From positions 1-37,086 of IMG/VR virus record IMGVR_UViG_3300032250_000072: 37,086 nucleotides of DNA. One strand, written 5' to 3'. The stretch is from a virus (Duplodnaviria; Caudoviricetes). Shown here one piece after another: positions 8,405 through 17,500 of the stretch. The stretch's first letter is position 1. Every line of letters begins with the position of its first letter. The notes beneath the pieces were generated by a model that saw only the letters and a list, made by a program, of their open reading frames with translations, searched no databases and had not been told where the DNA came from. The position numbers and the translations under genes are program-made.

Positions 8405-9375
8405 TTCACAGCATAACTGAGACCAATGTGAACGGTGCGTTTGACACCGCATGGCACTACCTGAGCGTGGCTGGCGTGGAGGAGCCCAGCCGTAACGGAC
8501 CCGTACTGGTTGCCCCCACCCCGGTGATGACCACCTACCTGCGCCCCACGGAGCGGGTGTTATTCAGCCCCCGGCGCGACGCCAACCACGTGTTCCACTT
8601 GATGGAATCTATTTGGATGCTGGCTGGGCTTAGTGACGTAGAGTGGCTAAGCCAATTCAGCAGCAACATCAGCACCTACGCGGAGCCTGACGGCTACATC
8701 CACGGGGCGTATGGAGCACGCTGGCGCAACTGGTTTAATGACGGTGAGTACGACCAACTGCCCGTTATCATCAACACACTGCGCACCAACCCGCAGAGCA
8801 GACAAGCCGTGTTGCAGATGTGGGACCCCACTGCTGATCTTGAAGGTGAGTGGCGCGATAGGCCCTGCAACACCGCCATCTATTTTGACTGCCGTGGCGG
8901 CAAGCTGAACATGACGGTGACCTGCCGCAGCAACGACATTTTGTGGGGCTGCTACGGAGCCAACGCCGTGCACATGAGCGTGTTGCAGGAGGTGATTGCT
9001 CACGCCGTGGGGGTGCCCGTGGGAGTGTACAGGCAGTTCAGCAACAACTGGCACGCCTACACAGACAACGACAAGGTTAAGGACTTTCTAAAGTATCCGC
9101 CCGTAGGGGGCTTTGATTACTATGAGAGTGGCCGCACAGTGGCAATACCCCTCATCTCGGGCAAGGAAACGTGGCAACACTTCCTCGACGACTGTGAGCG
9201 GGTTGTTAACGGCTTCCGCGCCGTGGATACATTCTTCATGGATAAGGTGGCCGTACCCCTGCGGGACGCGTACCTAGCCCGTAAGGCTGGCGAAAGTTAC
9301 GACATCCGCAACGTGCCAGAGTGTGATTGGAAGTTGGGTTTTCAACAGTGGTGTGAAAGGAGAGAAATCAAGTGA
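8401..9375 (+). CDS. Thymidylate synthase-fold enzyme, probable dUMP hydroxymethylase
   Basis: SRNG, ESIWMLAG, GAYG.RWR, DQL, SRQAV..MWDP, catalytic PC, RSND.LWG.YGAN, NWHAY. Context is a base-modification operon. Confidence 0.85.
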   Translation: MIHSITETNVNGAFDTAWHYLSVAGVEEPSRNGPVLVAPTPVMTTYLRPTERVLFSPRRDANHVFHLMESIWMLAGLSDVEWLSQFSSNISTYAEPDGYIHGAYGARWRNWFNDGEYDQLPVIINTLRTNPQSRQAVLQMWDPTADLEGEWRDRPCNTAIYFDCRGGKLNMTVTCRSNDILWGCYGANAVHMSVLQEVIAHAVGVPVGVYRQFSNNWHAYTDNDKVKDFLKYPPVGGFDYYESGRTVAIPLISGKETWQHFLDDCERVVNGFRAVDTFFMDKVAVPLRDAYLARKAGESYDIRNVPECDWKLGFQQWCERREIK

Positions 9376-9839
9376 ACGCAAACGAGAAGCAAGTGGGCGG
9401 AGACCACTACCGCACGCATGGGCAGAAGCTCCAGCACTGGGACTTGGCCGTGATGTACCAGTGGGATCCTTTCCAGTATCAGGTAACCAAGTACCTGATG
9501 CGCTGGAAGTACAAGCACCGCACGCATGACAAGCGGCTTGAGGACTTGAAGAAGGCTGCGCACTTTCTGCAAAAGTACATCGAAGTTGCCACAGAGTATG
9601 ATGCGCCCCAAGCTGTAGAGAGCAAGGAACTGGGCACGGGGTTCTTACCCATCCGCCAGCAGGCTGCTGAGATCCTTAGCAATGAGGACTGGCAGTGCGA
9701 GGGCTACTACGGCGACCTCACCCAGCACTACCGCTGCAAGCACTGCGGCACTATGGTACGGGCTGCGACGCTAGAGGACGCCCACCAAGCCCACGGCGCG
9801 TGCCCTACTGGGCAGGGCTACGTTAACCAAGGCGACTAA
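9372..9839 (+). CDS. DUF3310 (T7 gp1.7-like, possible nucleotide kinase) with C-terminal Cys/His cluster
   Basis: QVGGDHY, KYLMRWKYK, EDLKKAAHFL, then C...CKHCG...H..H..C. Confidence 0.8.
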   Translation: MNANEKQVGGDHYRTHGQKLQHWDLAVMYQWDPFQYQVTKYLMRWKYKHRTHDKRLEDLKKAAHFLQKYIEVATEYDAPQAVESKELGTGFLPIRQQAAEILSNEDWQCEGYYGDLTQHYRCKHCGTMVRAATLEDAHQAHGACPTGQGYVNQGD

Positions 9840-9848
9840 CGTCGTACA

Positions 9849-9894
9849 CATAGGGGTTTACCCTGTGGCGGGTGAGGCATCTCACCCGCACAAT
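9849..9894 (+). promoter_or_regulatory. Palindromic site plus hairpin / candidate promoter upstream of the heptose operon
   Basis: CATAGGG-GTTTA-CCCTGTG imperfect palindrome (9849-9867), perfect 9-bp stem GCGGGTGAG-GCAT-CTCACCCGC (9868-9889), and a CACAAT -10-like hexamer (9889-9894). Confidence 0.45.
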
Positions 9895-9925
9895 ACAGGT
9901 ACCCCAACAACCAACCGGGTGTTAG

Positions 9926-10174
9926 ATGAAGACATATCAGGTGTACTACATGCGGCGGCACATCCCCCCTGAGGGGAGTGTGCACGTTGCAGCAGACCGT
10001 ATGGGCACGGTGCAGGGCACCTCCCGCCGCGATGCCCTGGCAGCCGCCAAGGGGCTATTCCCAAATCTCAAAAATCACGTTGCCGTGGAGATGATAGATG
10101 ATAGAACTCAACCCGTTCCGCAAGCCAAGTCCGTTGCGTATCGCAGCCGCCGCGCTGGAGGAGGCCGAGCGTAA
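9926..10174 (+). CDS. Small hypothetical protein
   Basis: First ATG ORF after the intergenic element, co-directional. 3' end overlaps the next ORF. Confidence 0.5.
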   Translation: MKTYQVYYMRRHIPPEGSVHVAADRMGTVQGTSRRDALAAAKGLFPNLKNHVAVEMIDDRTQPVPQAKSVAYRSRRAGGGRA

Positions 10175-10316
10175 CCGGCTGACAGCCGTTGCAGAGCGAG
10201 AGTACTATGCCGCAATGGAAGAAATGCTCGTTCGCCGCATTGCTCGCCTGCGCCGCGAGGTGGTGCAACTCACACAGGAGGCCGAAAGTGTCAAAAAAGA
10301 TTCTAGTGGTGGGTGA
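10098..10316 (+). CDS. Small coiled-coil hypothetical protein
   Basis: GGAG SD upstream and helical pattern (LEEAERNRL...REYY.A....RIARLR) seen in small phage proteins. Confidence 0.65.
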   Translation: MIELNPFRKPSPLRIAAAALEEAERNRLTAVAEREYYAAMEEMLVRRIARLRREVVQLTQEAESVKKDSSGG

Positions 10317-11199
10317 CAGCATGCTGGACGTGCGCATTGACTGCGAGGTCACGCGCATAAGCCCAGAGGCACCCATCCCCATTTACGACGTAGACCACGA
10401 GCAATGCTACGCCGGAGGCGCTGCCAACGTAGCCTTGAACATCAAGGCTATGGGCGGAGACGTTAAGCTACTCACCGCTGTGGGGGAGGATGTAGCGGGC
10501 ACATCCCTACTCGATATTCTCACTGGTAGCGACCTAGCCTACCAGTCCTGCCCGGTGGAGCGCACCACTACCAAGACGCGCCTGTTTGTCAACAATGTGG
10601 TGCGTGCCCGCATTGACGAGGACCACATACTCAGCGAGCCAGAGGCTGAGCGCATGAACGACGCGCTCAACGACCTGTTTTACGAGTACGGTGTGATCGT
10701 ATTTAGTGACTATGGCAAGGGCGCTCTGCGGTATGTAGACGCAATGCTTGACGCGTGTGCCTACGGGCGCATCACACTGGTAGACCCCAAGGGCTCCAAC
10801 TGGGGTAAGTATGAAAATGCCACCTACGTCAAGGCCAATGCGGCTGAGGTTGAGGCGGTGGGCATGTCGCAGTACAGAATACCAACGGAGTATGGGTTCG
10901 CCAAGTTGATCAAAACAGCGAGTGGCGCTGGGTCAGAAATTATTGGCTGCAACTACCGAGACGATGCGCAGCATGTTCCTCCCCTGCCCGTACAGTGTGT
11001 TGACCCAACTGGTGCCGGTGATAGCTATTTGGCTGCCTTGGCGGTGGGTTTGGCAGAGGGACTACCACTGTACGACGCCTGTTTGCGTGGTAGCGTGGCC
11101 GGTGCCCTTGCAACGCGCCACGTAGGCACGGCTGTGATCACTAGAGAGGAGATTGAAGAATGCTTGCCAAGATTATTGAACAACACAACTCAGCTGTAA
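10288..11199 (+). CDS. hldA: D-glycero-beta-D-manno-heptose-7-phosphate kinase (stand-alone HldE/RfaE domain I, PfkB family)
   Basis: ILVVGDSMLD, RISPEAPIPI, GGAANVA.NI, TTTKTR, SDYGKG, VDPKG, DPTGAGD. GTG start at 10288 with AGGAGG SD. Confidence 0.95.
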   Translation: MSKKILVVGDSMLDVRIDCEVTRISPEAPIPIYDVDHEQCYAGGAANVALNIKAMGGDVKLLTAVGEDVAGTSLLDILTGSDLAYQSCPVERTTTKTRLFVNNVVRARIDEDHILSEPEAERMNDALNDLFYEYGVIVFSDYGKGALRYVDAMLDACAYGRITLVDPKGSNWGKYENATYVKANAAEVEAVGMSQYRIPTEYGFAKLIKTASGAGSEIIGCNYRDDAQHVPPLPVQCVDPTGAGDSYLAALAVGLAEGLPLYDACLRGSVAGALATRHVGTAVITREEIEECLPRLLNNTTQL

Positions 11200-11714
11200 G
11201 TGCTCTACTGGAGCAGGAAAGCACCATCAACGCGATGGCGCAGACACTAGCGGATTGTATTGCTCAGGGTGGTACCATCTACCTGTGTGGCAACGGTGGC
11301 AGCGCGGCGGATTGTCAACACATTGCGGCAGAATTGGTGGGCCGCTTTAAGCGGGAGCGGGGCGGCTACGCCGCCGTGGCGCTGACTACAGACACATCCA
11401 TACTCACCGCTGTGGGCAACGACTACGGATTTGAGTCAGTGTTCTCCCGTCAGGTAGATGCGCTGGCCTGTGATGGGGATGTGCTGCTGTGCTTCAGCAC
11501 CAGTGGCAACAGCGCCAACGTAGTCAAGGCGGCAGAGGTTGCTGGGGCGCTGGGTGTGACTGTGCTGGCATTCACGGGCCGCAACGAGGGGGTGCTGTGG
11601 CGGTTTGCTGACCACACCTTGTGCGTCAACAGTACAGACACCGCACGCATACAGGAGTGTCACATTCTAGTGGGACACATTCTTTGCCAGATGGTTGAGG
11701 AGGCCTTGCAGTGA
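11160..11714 (+). CDS. gmhA: Sedoheptulose-7-phosphate (phosphoheptose) isomerase
   Basis: CGNGGSAADCQHIAAEL, TAVGNDYGF..VFSRQ, STSGNS, TARIQECH...GH. Confidence 0.97.
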   Translation: MLAKIIEQHNSAVSALLEQESTINAMAQTLADCIAQGGTIYLCGNGGSAADCQHIAAELVGRFKRERGGYAAVALTTDTSILTAVGNDYGFESVFSRQVDALACDGDVLLCFSTSGNSANVVKAAEVAGALGVTVLAFTGRNEGVLWRFADHTLCVNSTDTARIQECHILVGHILCQMVEEALQ

Positions 11715-12142
11715 ACGCCCGTATTTGGACCAATGGATGCTTTGACCTGCTGCACGCGGGGCACGTCATGTTCCTTGAACGTGCGGCCAAACTGGGCACG
11801 CTCACCGTGTTCATGAACAGTGACGCAAGCGTCCGCGCCCTGAAGGGCAACCACCGCCCCATAGTGCCCGAAGCCTACCGCCGCCGCGTGCTGGAAGCTC
11901 TCCGCTGCGTGGCGAACGTACACATCTTCAGCGGCCCTAACCCCGTTGAGTACTGGAGTACACTGGGCACTGTACCTGACATCTACGTAAAGGACAGCGA
12001 GTGTGACGTTGCTCACAGCGCCGAGGGGCAGTGGCTGCTCAGCAAGGGCGTGGCGGTGACTGTGTTGCCTCGCGTGCCAGACATTAGTACCACCATACTT
12101 GAGCGTCGCATCCGTGGCGGAGAATCGAGCAGCGTTTCTTGA
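11711..12142 (+). CDS. hldC: Heptose-1-phosphate nucleotidyltransferase (stand-alone HldE/RfaE domain II)
   Basis: TNGCFDLLHAGH (HIGH motif), NSDASVRALKG..RPI, PDIYVK, RVPDISTT. Confidence 0.93.
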   Translation: MNARIWTNGCFDLLHAGHVMFLERAAKLGTLTVFMNSDASVRALKGNHRPIVPEAYRRRVLEALRCVANVHIFSGPNPVEYWSTLGTVPDIYVKDSECDVAHSAEGQWLLSKGVAVTVLPRVPDISTTILERRIRGGESSSVS

Positions 12143-12614
12143 CAGGGACGGAACCCTAATACGGGACGTTCCCTACTTGAATGACCCCACGCAAGTACAG
12201 ATACTGCCGGGGGTGGTGCCTGCTCTACGCAATCTAATTGATTGTGGATACCTGCTAATCGTAGTCACTAATCAAAGCGGCATTGGTCGGTGGCGGATAA
12301 CTAAGGCTCAGTACACTGCGGTGCACCGCCGCATGCTGGATTTACTCGGGCAGCACGGGGTGTACATCACAGGTACGTACTACTGTCCCCACACGCCGGA
12401 TGCTGGCTGCGCCTGCCGCAAGCCTGGAACCGCCATGTTTGAGCGCGCAGCCCGTGACTTTGACATTGACTTGGCCGAGAGCCTAATGTTTGGAGATAAA
12501 GAAAGTGACATGGTGCCCTGCGTTGGCAAATGTATCCGTGTACCAAAAGACGGCTCCTGGGCCACGTGGTACCGCCCCCGCTACCCTAGCCCTACCCCAC
12601 CCGCAAAAACGTAG
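12114..12614 (+). CDS. gmhB: D-glycero-D-manno-heptose-1,7-bisphosphate phosphatase (HAD IIIA)
   Basis: FLDRDGTL, VTNQSGIGR, CPH....C.CRKP, GDKESD. Start could be GTG 12114 or TTG 12099. Confidence 0.95.
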   Translation: MAENRAAFLDRDGTLIRDVPYLNDPTQVQILPGVVPALRNLIDCGYLLIVVTNQSGIGRWRITKAQYTAVHRRMLDLLGQHGVYITGTYYCPHTPDAGCACRKPGTAMFERAARDFDIDLAESLMFGDKESDMVPCVGKCIRVPKDGSWATWYRPRYPSPTPPAKT

Positions 12615-12668
12615 CCACGGGGCGTCTGATAAGTCGCATGGGCATGTGCTAGCGGTGTGGGTGGCCGC

Positions 12669-12905
12669 ATGAGCCTAGTGACGTCAGTTTGCGTGTATTT
12701 TGCCACTCACCCAGGTAGCGAACTTACCGCACCAGACATTGCACTGCGCTGGAGTGTAGACCCCAACAACGTCCGCAAGACGCTCAAGTACGCTGAGGTT
12801 AAGGGTTGGATTACTTGTGCGAAGAAGCCCAACCCCACCCGCGCCACCAAGCAGATATTGTTCTACACCGCAGGCCCACGCCTGCTAAAGGAGATTGGAA
12901 GATGA
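12669..12905 (+). CDS. Small winged-helix/HTH-like DNA-binding protein
   Basis: ELTAPDIALRWSVDPNNVRKTL....KGWI pattern. Coupled to the next gene. Confidence 0.55.
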   Translation: MSLVTSVCVYFATHPGSELTAPDIALRWSVDPNNVRKTLKYAEVKGWITCAKKPNPTRATKQILFYTAGPRLLKEIGR

Positions 12906-13099
12906 CCTCTCGAATCCCCAAAGGCTGCGACCAGCAGGGCCGTCACACCCAGGCCGCCGAGCCTTGTACAGAACTAGGCTACGAAGAGCCCGACTTCTAT
13001 GGACGCGAGTTCTGGAAAGAAGAAGGCATAGCCCTGATAGTTTTAGCCGTCGCGGTTGTGGCCATCATGGGTACTCTGGCCGCGCTCTACACAACCTAA
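12902..13099 (+). CDS. Small membrane protein
   Basis: ATG 12902 overlaps the upstream stop. GCDQQGR..AAE motif and C-terminal hydrophobic helix. Confidence 0.6.
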   Translation: MTSRIPKGCDQQGRHTQAAEPCTELGYEEPDFYGREFWKEEGIALIVLAVAVVAIMGTLAALYTT

Positions 13100-13104
13100 G
13101 ACCG

Positions 13105-13563
13105 TCAGAGCAAAGCAGCTTCGGCTGCGCGGCGTCGTACCAAACCCGGTAGCACTCGGCCTCCGCCGCGTGTCCACAGCATCAGTTGCGCCTTGGCGTC
13201 TTCCCAGTCACCATCGTCCACGCGCTTGCGCAGCGTGCTGGCCCGGTATCTGGCCACGCCGAGGTTGTAGGCGAAGTCTGTCATCGCGCCGAGTGCTCGC
13301 GGACGCGCCAGGAGGCCCGGAGAGGCCTGCAAAACGCCTGCTAGGTAGTTGTGCCTCAACTCATGCACCAGCCACGCCTCAGCGGTCTCCTTGCTGATCG
13401 GCGCGTGCTCCATCGTCACTTTGCTGCCGTCAGGCTTCCAGACCGTGCCGTAGCCTATGGTGGGATACCCTGCTGGGCAGATGTACGGCTGAAGACTCAG
13501 CCCTTCAAAAGGGCGGCACAGAGCAGCGGCGATGTCTACCGCCTCACTTGCTGGACCGCTCAT
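13105..13563 (-). CDS. Endolysin, GH24 phage lysozyme
   Basis: FEGLSLQPYICPAGYPTIGYG (E-x8-C-x5-T), DFAYNLG, LPGLVRRRAAE. Confidence 0.95.
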   Translation of the reverse strand: MSGPASEAVDIAAALCRPFEGLSLQPYICPAGYPTIGYGTVWKPDGSKVTMEHAPISKETAEAWLVHELRHNYLAGVLQASPGLLARPRALGAMTDFAYNLGVARYRASTLRKRVDDGDWEDAKAQLMLWTRGGGRVLPGLVRRRAAEAALL

Positions 13564-14017
13564 ACACCCGTCCGACAAACCAGAAGGAGATGATCATGTT
13601 GAAGACAGCAAGATCGTCTGCGCCCCACATCGTGACCAAGACCTCTTTCCAGTTGCCGTTCTGGTCTATGGCAATCAAGAAGGAAGCAATCTTCACAGAG
13701 GCGTACAGAGCCAGGAAAGCGTAAGTGACCATCGGGCGCACCAGCGCTGAGATTGCAGAGACAAACCAGCCGGCATTCTTGGCGGTCTCGGATTGCTCCT
13801 TGAACGCCTGAGCCATCGTGTCCATCTCGGCCATCGTCATCTGCGCTTCGACCTGCCGCATGGCGATCTCACCCCGGATCTTGGCAAACTCCATCTCGGC
13901 TTCGACCATGCGAAGCTCATGCGCCCGTTCATTCTTCTTATCAAAGAGCTTAAACACCTCTGGCGCGAGGCGAAGCAAACCGCCAAACAGACCACCAATC
14001 AGCGATTCAAACATCAC
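13544..14017 (-). CDS. Putative holin (3-TM type)
   Basis: Hydrophobic segments, SALVRP..TY and IISFWFVGR motifs, directly upstream of the lysozyme. Confidence 0.7.
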   Translation of the reverse strand: MMFESLIGGLFGGLLRLAPEVFKLFDKKNERAHELRMVEAEMEFAKIRGEIAMRQVEAQMTMAEMDTMAQAFKEQSETAKNAGWFVSAISALVRPMVTYAFLALYASVKIASFLIAIDQNGNWKEVLVTMWGADDLAVFNMIISFWFVGRVYERSSK

Positions 14018-14286
14018 TTGGCTCCTTTGATACGTTCGCGCTCTTCAAGCAGCCTGACCTTAACCTGCAGCTCGTTGATGTGGTTCATCAACTGCTCTTT
14101 GAGAATGGCGCGTTTCTCTGCGGACAGAGGGCTGTCTGTGGGCACGCCAGTGGATGTGATAAGCGCAGGCATGTTGCCTTCGATTTTGGTCAGACGCTCA
14201 GAGAAAGAATTCACTTGCCCCAGCAGCCATGCGATACAGGCCACCACGATGGGGATGATCGCTTTCAGTACGTCTGACCAAGCCAT
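14014..14286 (-). CDS. Small membrane-anchored coiled-coil protein (lysis cassette)
   Basis: MAWSDVLKAIIPIVVACIAWLL N-terminal TM followed by a coiled coil. Confidence 0.6.
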   Translation of the reverse strand: MAWSDVLKAIIPIVVACIAWLLGQVNSFSERLTKIEGNMPALITSTGVPTDSPLSAEKRAILKEQLMNHINELQVKVRLLEERERIKGAK

Positions 14287-14288
14287 GG

Positions 14289-14555
14289 TCACTTCCCAAT
14301 CAGTTTGGTGCCGTATTGCAGCAGCGCGAACAGCGTGACCGCCAGACCCCAGACGCCGATGCCACGATTGACCCACATCTCCAGGCGCCGGTCCAACTTC
14401 TGTGTGTGAGCCTCATTGGCAGCCACGCGCTGCTCAACGCGGCCGATGCGCTCTCCCTGGTTAGAGAGTCTTTCCTCCACCAGCACAAGCCGGGTTACGG
14501 CCTCGGTGAGCTTGTCGACCTTGGACTCAAGGCGCTTGAAGTCATCGTCCGTCAT
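14289..14555 (-). CDS. XhlA-like coiled-coil + C-terminal TM protein
   Basis: Heptad repeat (RLESKVDKL...IGRVEQRV) then a C-terminal TM. Start uncertain (14555-14573). Confidence 0.55.
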   Translation of the reverse strand: MTDDDFKRLESKVDKLTEAVTRLVLVEERLSNQGERIGRVEQRVAANEAHTQKLDRRLEMWVNRGIGVWGLAVTLFALLQYGTKLIGK

Positions 14556-14569
14556 AAAAGAGGGCTCCA

Positions 14570-17500
14570 TCACTGCTCTTCGTCAGCATTGTACGTAACA
14601 GCACCGCCCGCCGCAACCGCCCCACCCATGCTGAATAGTTGAGTGCGCTTGGCCTTCTTGGGGTCAATGGGTACTTCCCACCAGCCGTGGCCCTTGTCGT
14701 CCTTAACCTGCTTGCCACCGAGCGACTTGAGGTAGTTGGCAACCTCTTTCTTGTACCGATCGTAGATGCCTTGGTGCTCGGGGTACTCGAACTTGTCGGA
14801 CACACGGGTCAGCTTGTTGATGGTATCCTCAGTCAAGTTAGCGGTGCCCATGTTGCTCCAAATTGGTTCGCCAATCTGGTTACCCGTAGCGTCAATGGGG
14901 TAGCGCTCGGCTTCCCAAATACCAGTCTCGTCTACGCGGACGTTGCCGGTATAGGTCCAGTCATTGGCGGTGCCTGCTCTACTGCCCACAAGGCGTCTGT
15001 CCGCTAGCTCAGGGGCCATAACCTCTCCGGGGGTTACTTCTATCCTGCGGGGCCACCCCTCCACAGCGGCAACGGTGTCAGCGTCTGCAAAACGGACCAC
15101 TGGGGGTACAGGCTTGTACTGCTCAACCTCAAGGGCCCGCTGCGCAAAGTCCTCAGCTTCTTTTCTGAACGGGGCGGTAGCGGCAGCTATCATTCTATCG
15201 GTGCGGTTGAATCCCTGCTCGACGTAAGAGTTTTCTATCTGCTTGGCATACTTGAGTGCAGACTTTGCTCGGTTGCGCAGGCTCTCGTACTCAGGGTTAA
15301 GCTGCGGCGTGGCGGCACGGCTCAGCTCCTCGCGAATCAGGCGACGTTCCCAGTTCTTGAACATGGGGCGCTGCGCGGTGGCTGCGGCACCTTCCGCCAA
15401 CTTAGCGCTGTGCTCGCTGCTAAGTAGGCTCAGTGTGTTGCTAATGTCCCTAAGTTCTTCATGTAGTGCAATACTGAGAGCTAAGTGTTGCTCATTTGGT
15501 GGGCGGGGTAACCCCCCAGCGCCGAGTGGTGTGTCGGGCATAGAGGCTATATAGCGGAGTAAGTCACCCTCATTTCCAAACTGCACGCCAATGCCAAGAG
15601 CGTTGCTAATTTCAGTAGATAGCCTGCTACTAATTCCATCTTCCAGTAGCATAACAAAATCTGGATTAGCTTGCAGTAGCTGCTCTTGCTTACTAATGAT
15701 ATCTTTTGCAGCAGTGCTCGCCCACGTAATGTCTTCGCCTTGGGCGGTGTAGGGATATAGCTGTCGTATAGGGATTACAACTGCCTCTTGAGCTATCACA
15801 TTATCAAAGGCGCTCTGCAAGCGTGTGCGCTCTTCTTCGGACAGTTCTTTGCCAGCTTTCTGCACAAGATCGGACTGGATCTCCACCACATGGGGGATGC
15901 CTACCTCATCCTCAAACGCCCTGGTATGTCCGAAGTAATTCGGGTCACGGAAGTGATTGTTCGTTGCCGTGGGGGTGGGGCTGCGGTGGATAGTGGTACG
16001 TGCGTTCTGCGCGTTGGGCTCACCCATGCCGAACGTCCACTGAGATGGCGTGAGGTTGCGGTCAATATTTTCAAGTCCGTAGTCGGCAAACCTGTCAACG
16101 TCTTTAGGTGCCAGCCCGTATGGCTCAGTCTCACGGCGGACGCCCGCTACCAAGTCCTCAGCGGAGATGCTGTCCCCCTCCTGCCCAGACAGCACGCGCT
16201 CTAGCACATCCTTCTCAGCCTTGGTGACCTCGGGGCGGCGCATTTGGTCGCGGATTTCGGACATGGGGATCACCGTGCGCTTACCCGGCAGGTTTTCCAG
16301 CGTGCGGAGCGTGTAGGGCTCGTCCTCCAGCACCTCGCGCAGTGAGCGCTCAGGGCCCATGCTGGCAGCCGGGGCGGCAACCCGTTTGGTTCCGTAGCGT
16401 CCACCAGTCAACTCACCAATCGTCTTCAATGCCTCGGGCGGGCGGTCAAGCGCCATCATGCCTTCGCGCATCGGGAATATGTCCCGCCGCTCCTCGGGCG
16501 TGAGGTCCATGCGGGTTTGCGTCAGGCGGGCGCGGGCCTCACCTTGGTTACGCATGTACTGCTCGTAACGACCAGCTTCGGTTGGCTCGGCAATCCTGGC
16601 CTTTTGGTACGCTTCTCTAAGCCGAGCCTGTGCTGCGTCCACACGTTGCTTAAGTGGGTCTAGCGGCACATTTCTAATTATCCTAAGCGTGGCGTCCCGC
16701 AGCATTCCGTCTTGCGCAAATGTGCTTTCATTTTCGGGATTGTATTTCCCGGCAGCTCCAAAATTTTCAGCTATTCCGTAATAATTAGCCCTATCAACTA
16801 CTTCATCAAGAGCTTGCTCGGGGGTCATGCCCGGAGTTTTATCCATTAGCCGACGAGCTTGAAGAGCTGTGGCATCCGCATCAAAGTTTATCTTATCACC
16901 CTCGAGCCGAAGGTTCCAGCTATCGCCCGCTTCTTTAATCGTCTCAGGCGCAATGCCGTAGTCCTTGCCCGCAAAATAGTCAATGCCGTGCTGCGTTTCG
17001 TGCCCCATAATGGCACGTCCGTAGGTCTCACCTGGGCGGAGATATTTGGAACTAAGACGGATAGCTCCCATACCAGGGGCGCTAGGGTCAAAGTGACCTG
17101 CGGTACGCTTGCCGCCCAGGTCAGCCTGCGTGACAAAGTCAACCTGCATCTCCGCCAGCTCGGGGATGCGCTGGAATAGTTCTGGGTGCTCAATTACATC
17201 GGCGTACTTCAAGCCTTTGATGGGCGCAGTCAAGCTATTGTTGGCATTCTCCAGCGCGGCCTCTAGTTGCTCGTTTGTACGTTGCTGCGCCAGCGTCAGC
17301 GCCTTGGGGGATGGGTCCTGCCCCGTCTGTACGCGGATAGTGCGTGCTGCATTGCCCATGCTGCCGCCACGGTCCAAAATATCGCGGACCTGCATGGCAA
17401 CTTCAATATCACTAATGCGCTGCACAATCGGCTCCCGTGCGGCCTTGACAGCCTCGAGAGCCTTAAACTTCATCTTGTCGTCGCTAAGCTCTACAGCCCA

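Noticed and set aside
8401-9375. Canonical thyA
   Set aside because: Divergent motifs (RSNDILWGCYGAN) and the hypermodification gene context favour a hydroxymethylase, so no symbol was assigned.
10189-10287. Longer start for the heptose kinase
   Set aside because: Family similarity starts at KKILVVGD, and GTG 10288 has a strong AGGAGG SD.
10288-12614. Heptose genes as a host LPS locus or chimeric assembly
   Set aside because: They overlap a small phage-type ORF upstream, are followed directly by phage-type ORFs, match local sequence style, and lack other waa/lipid A genes.
12490-12672. 60-aa ORF overlapping the gmhB end
   Set aside because: Mostly overlaps gmhB with no clear SD or motif. 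Its ATGA overlap with the next gene is suggestive but insufficient.
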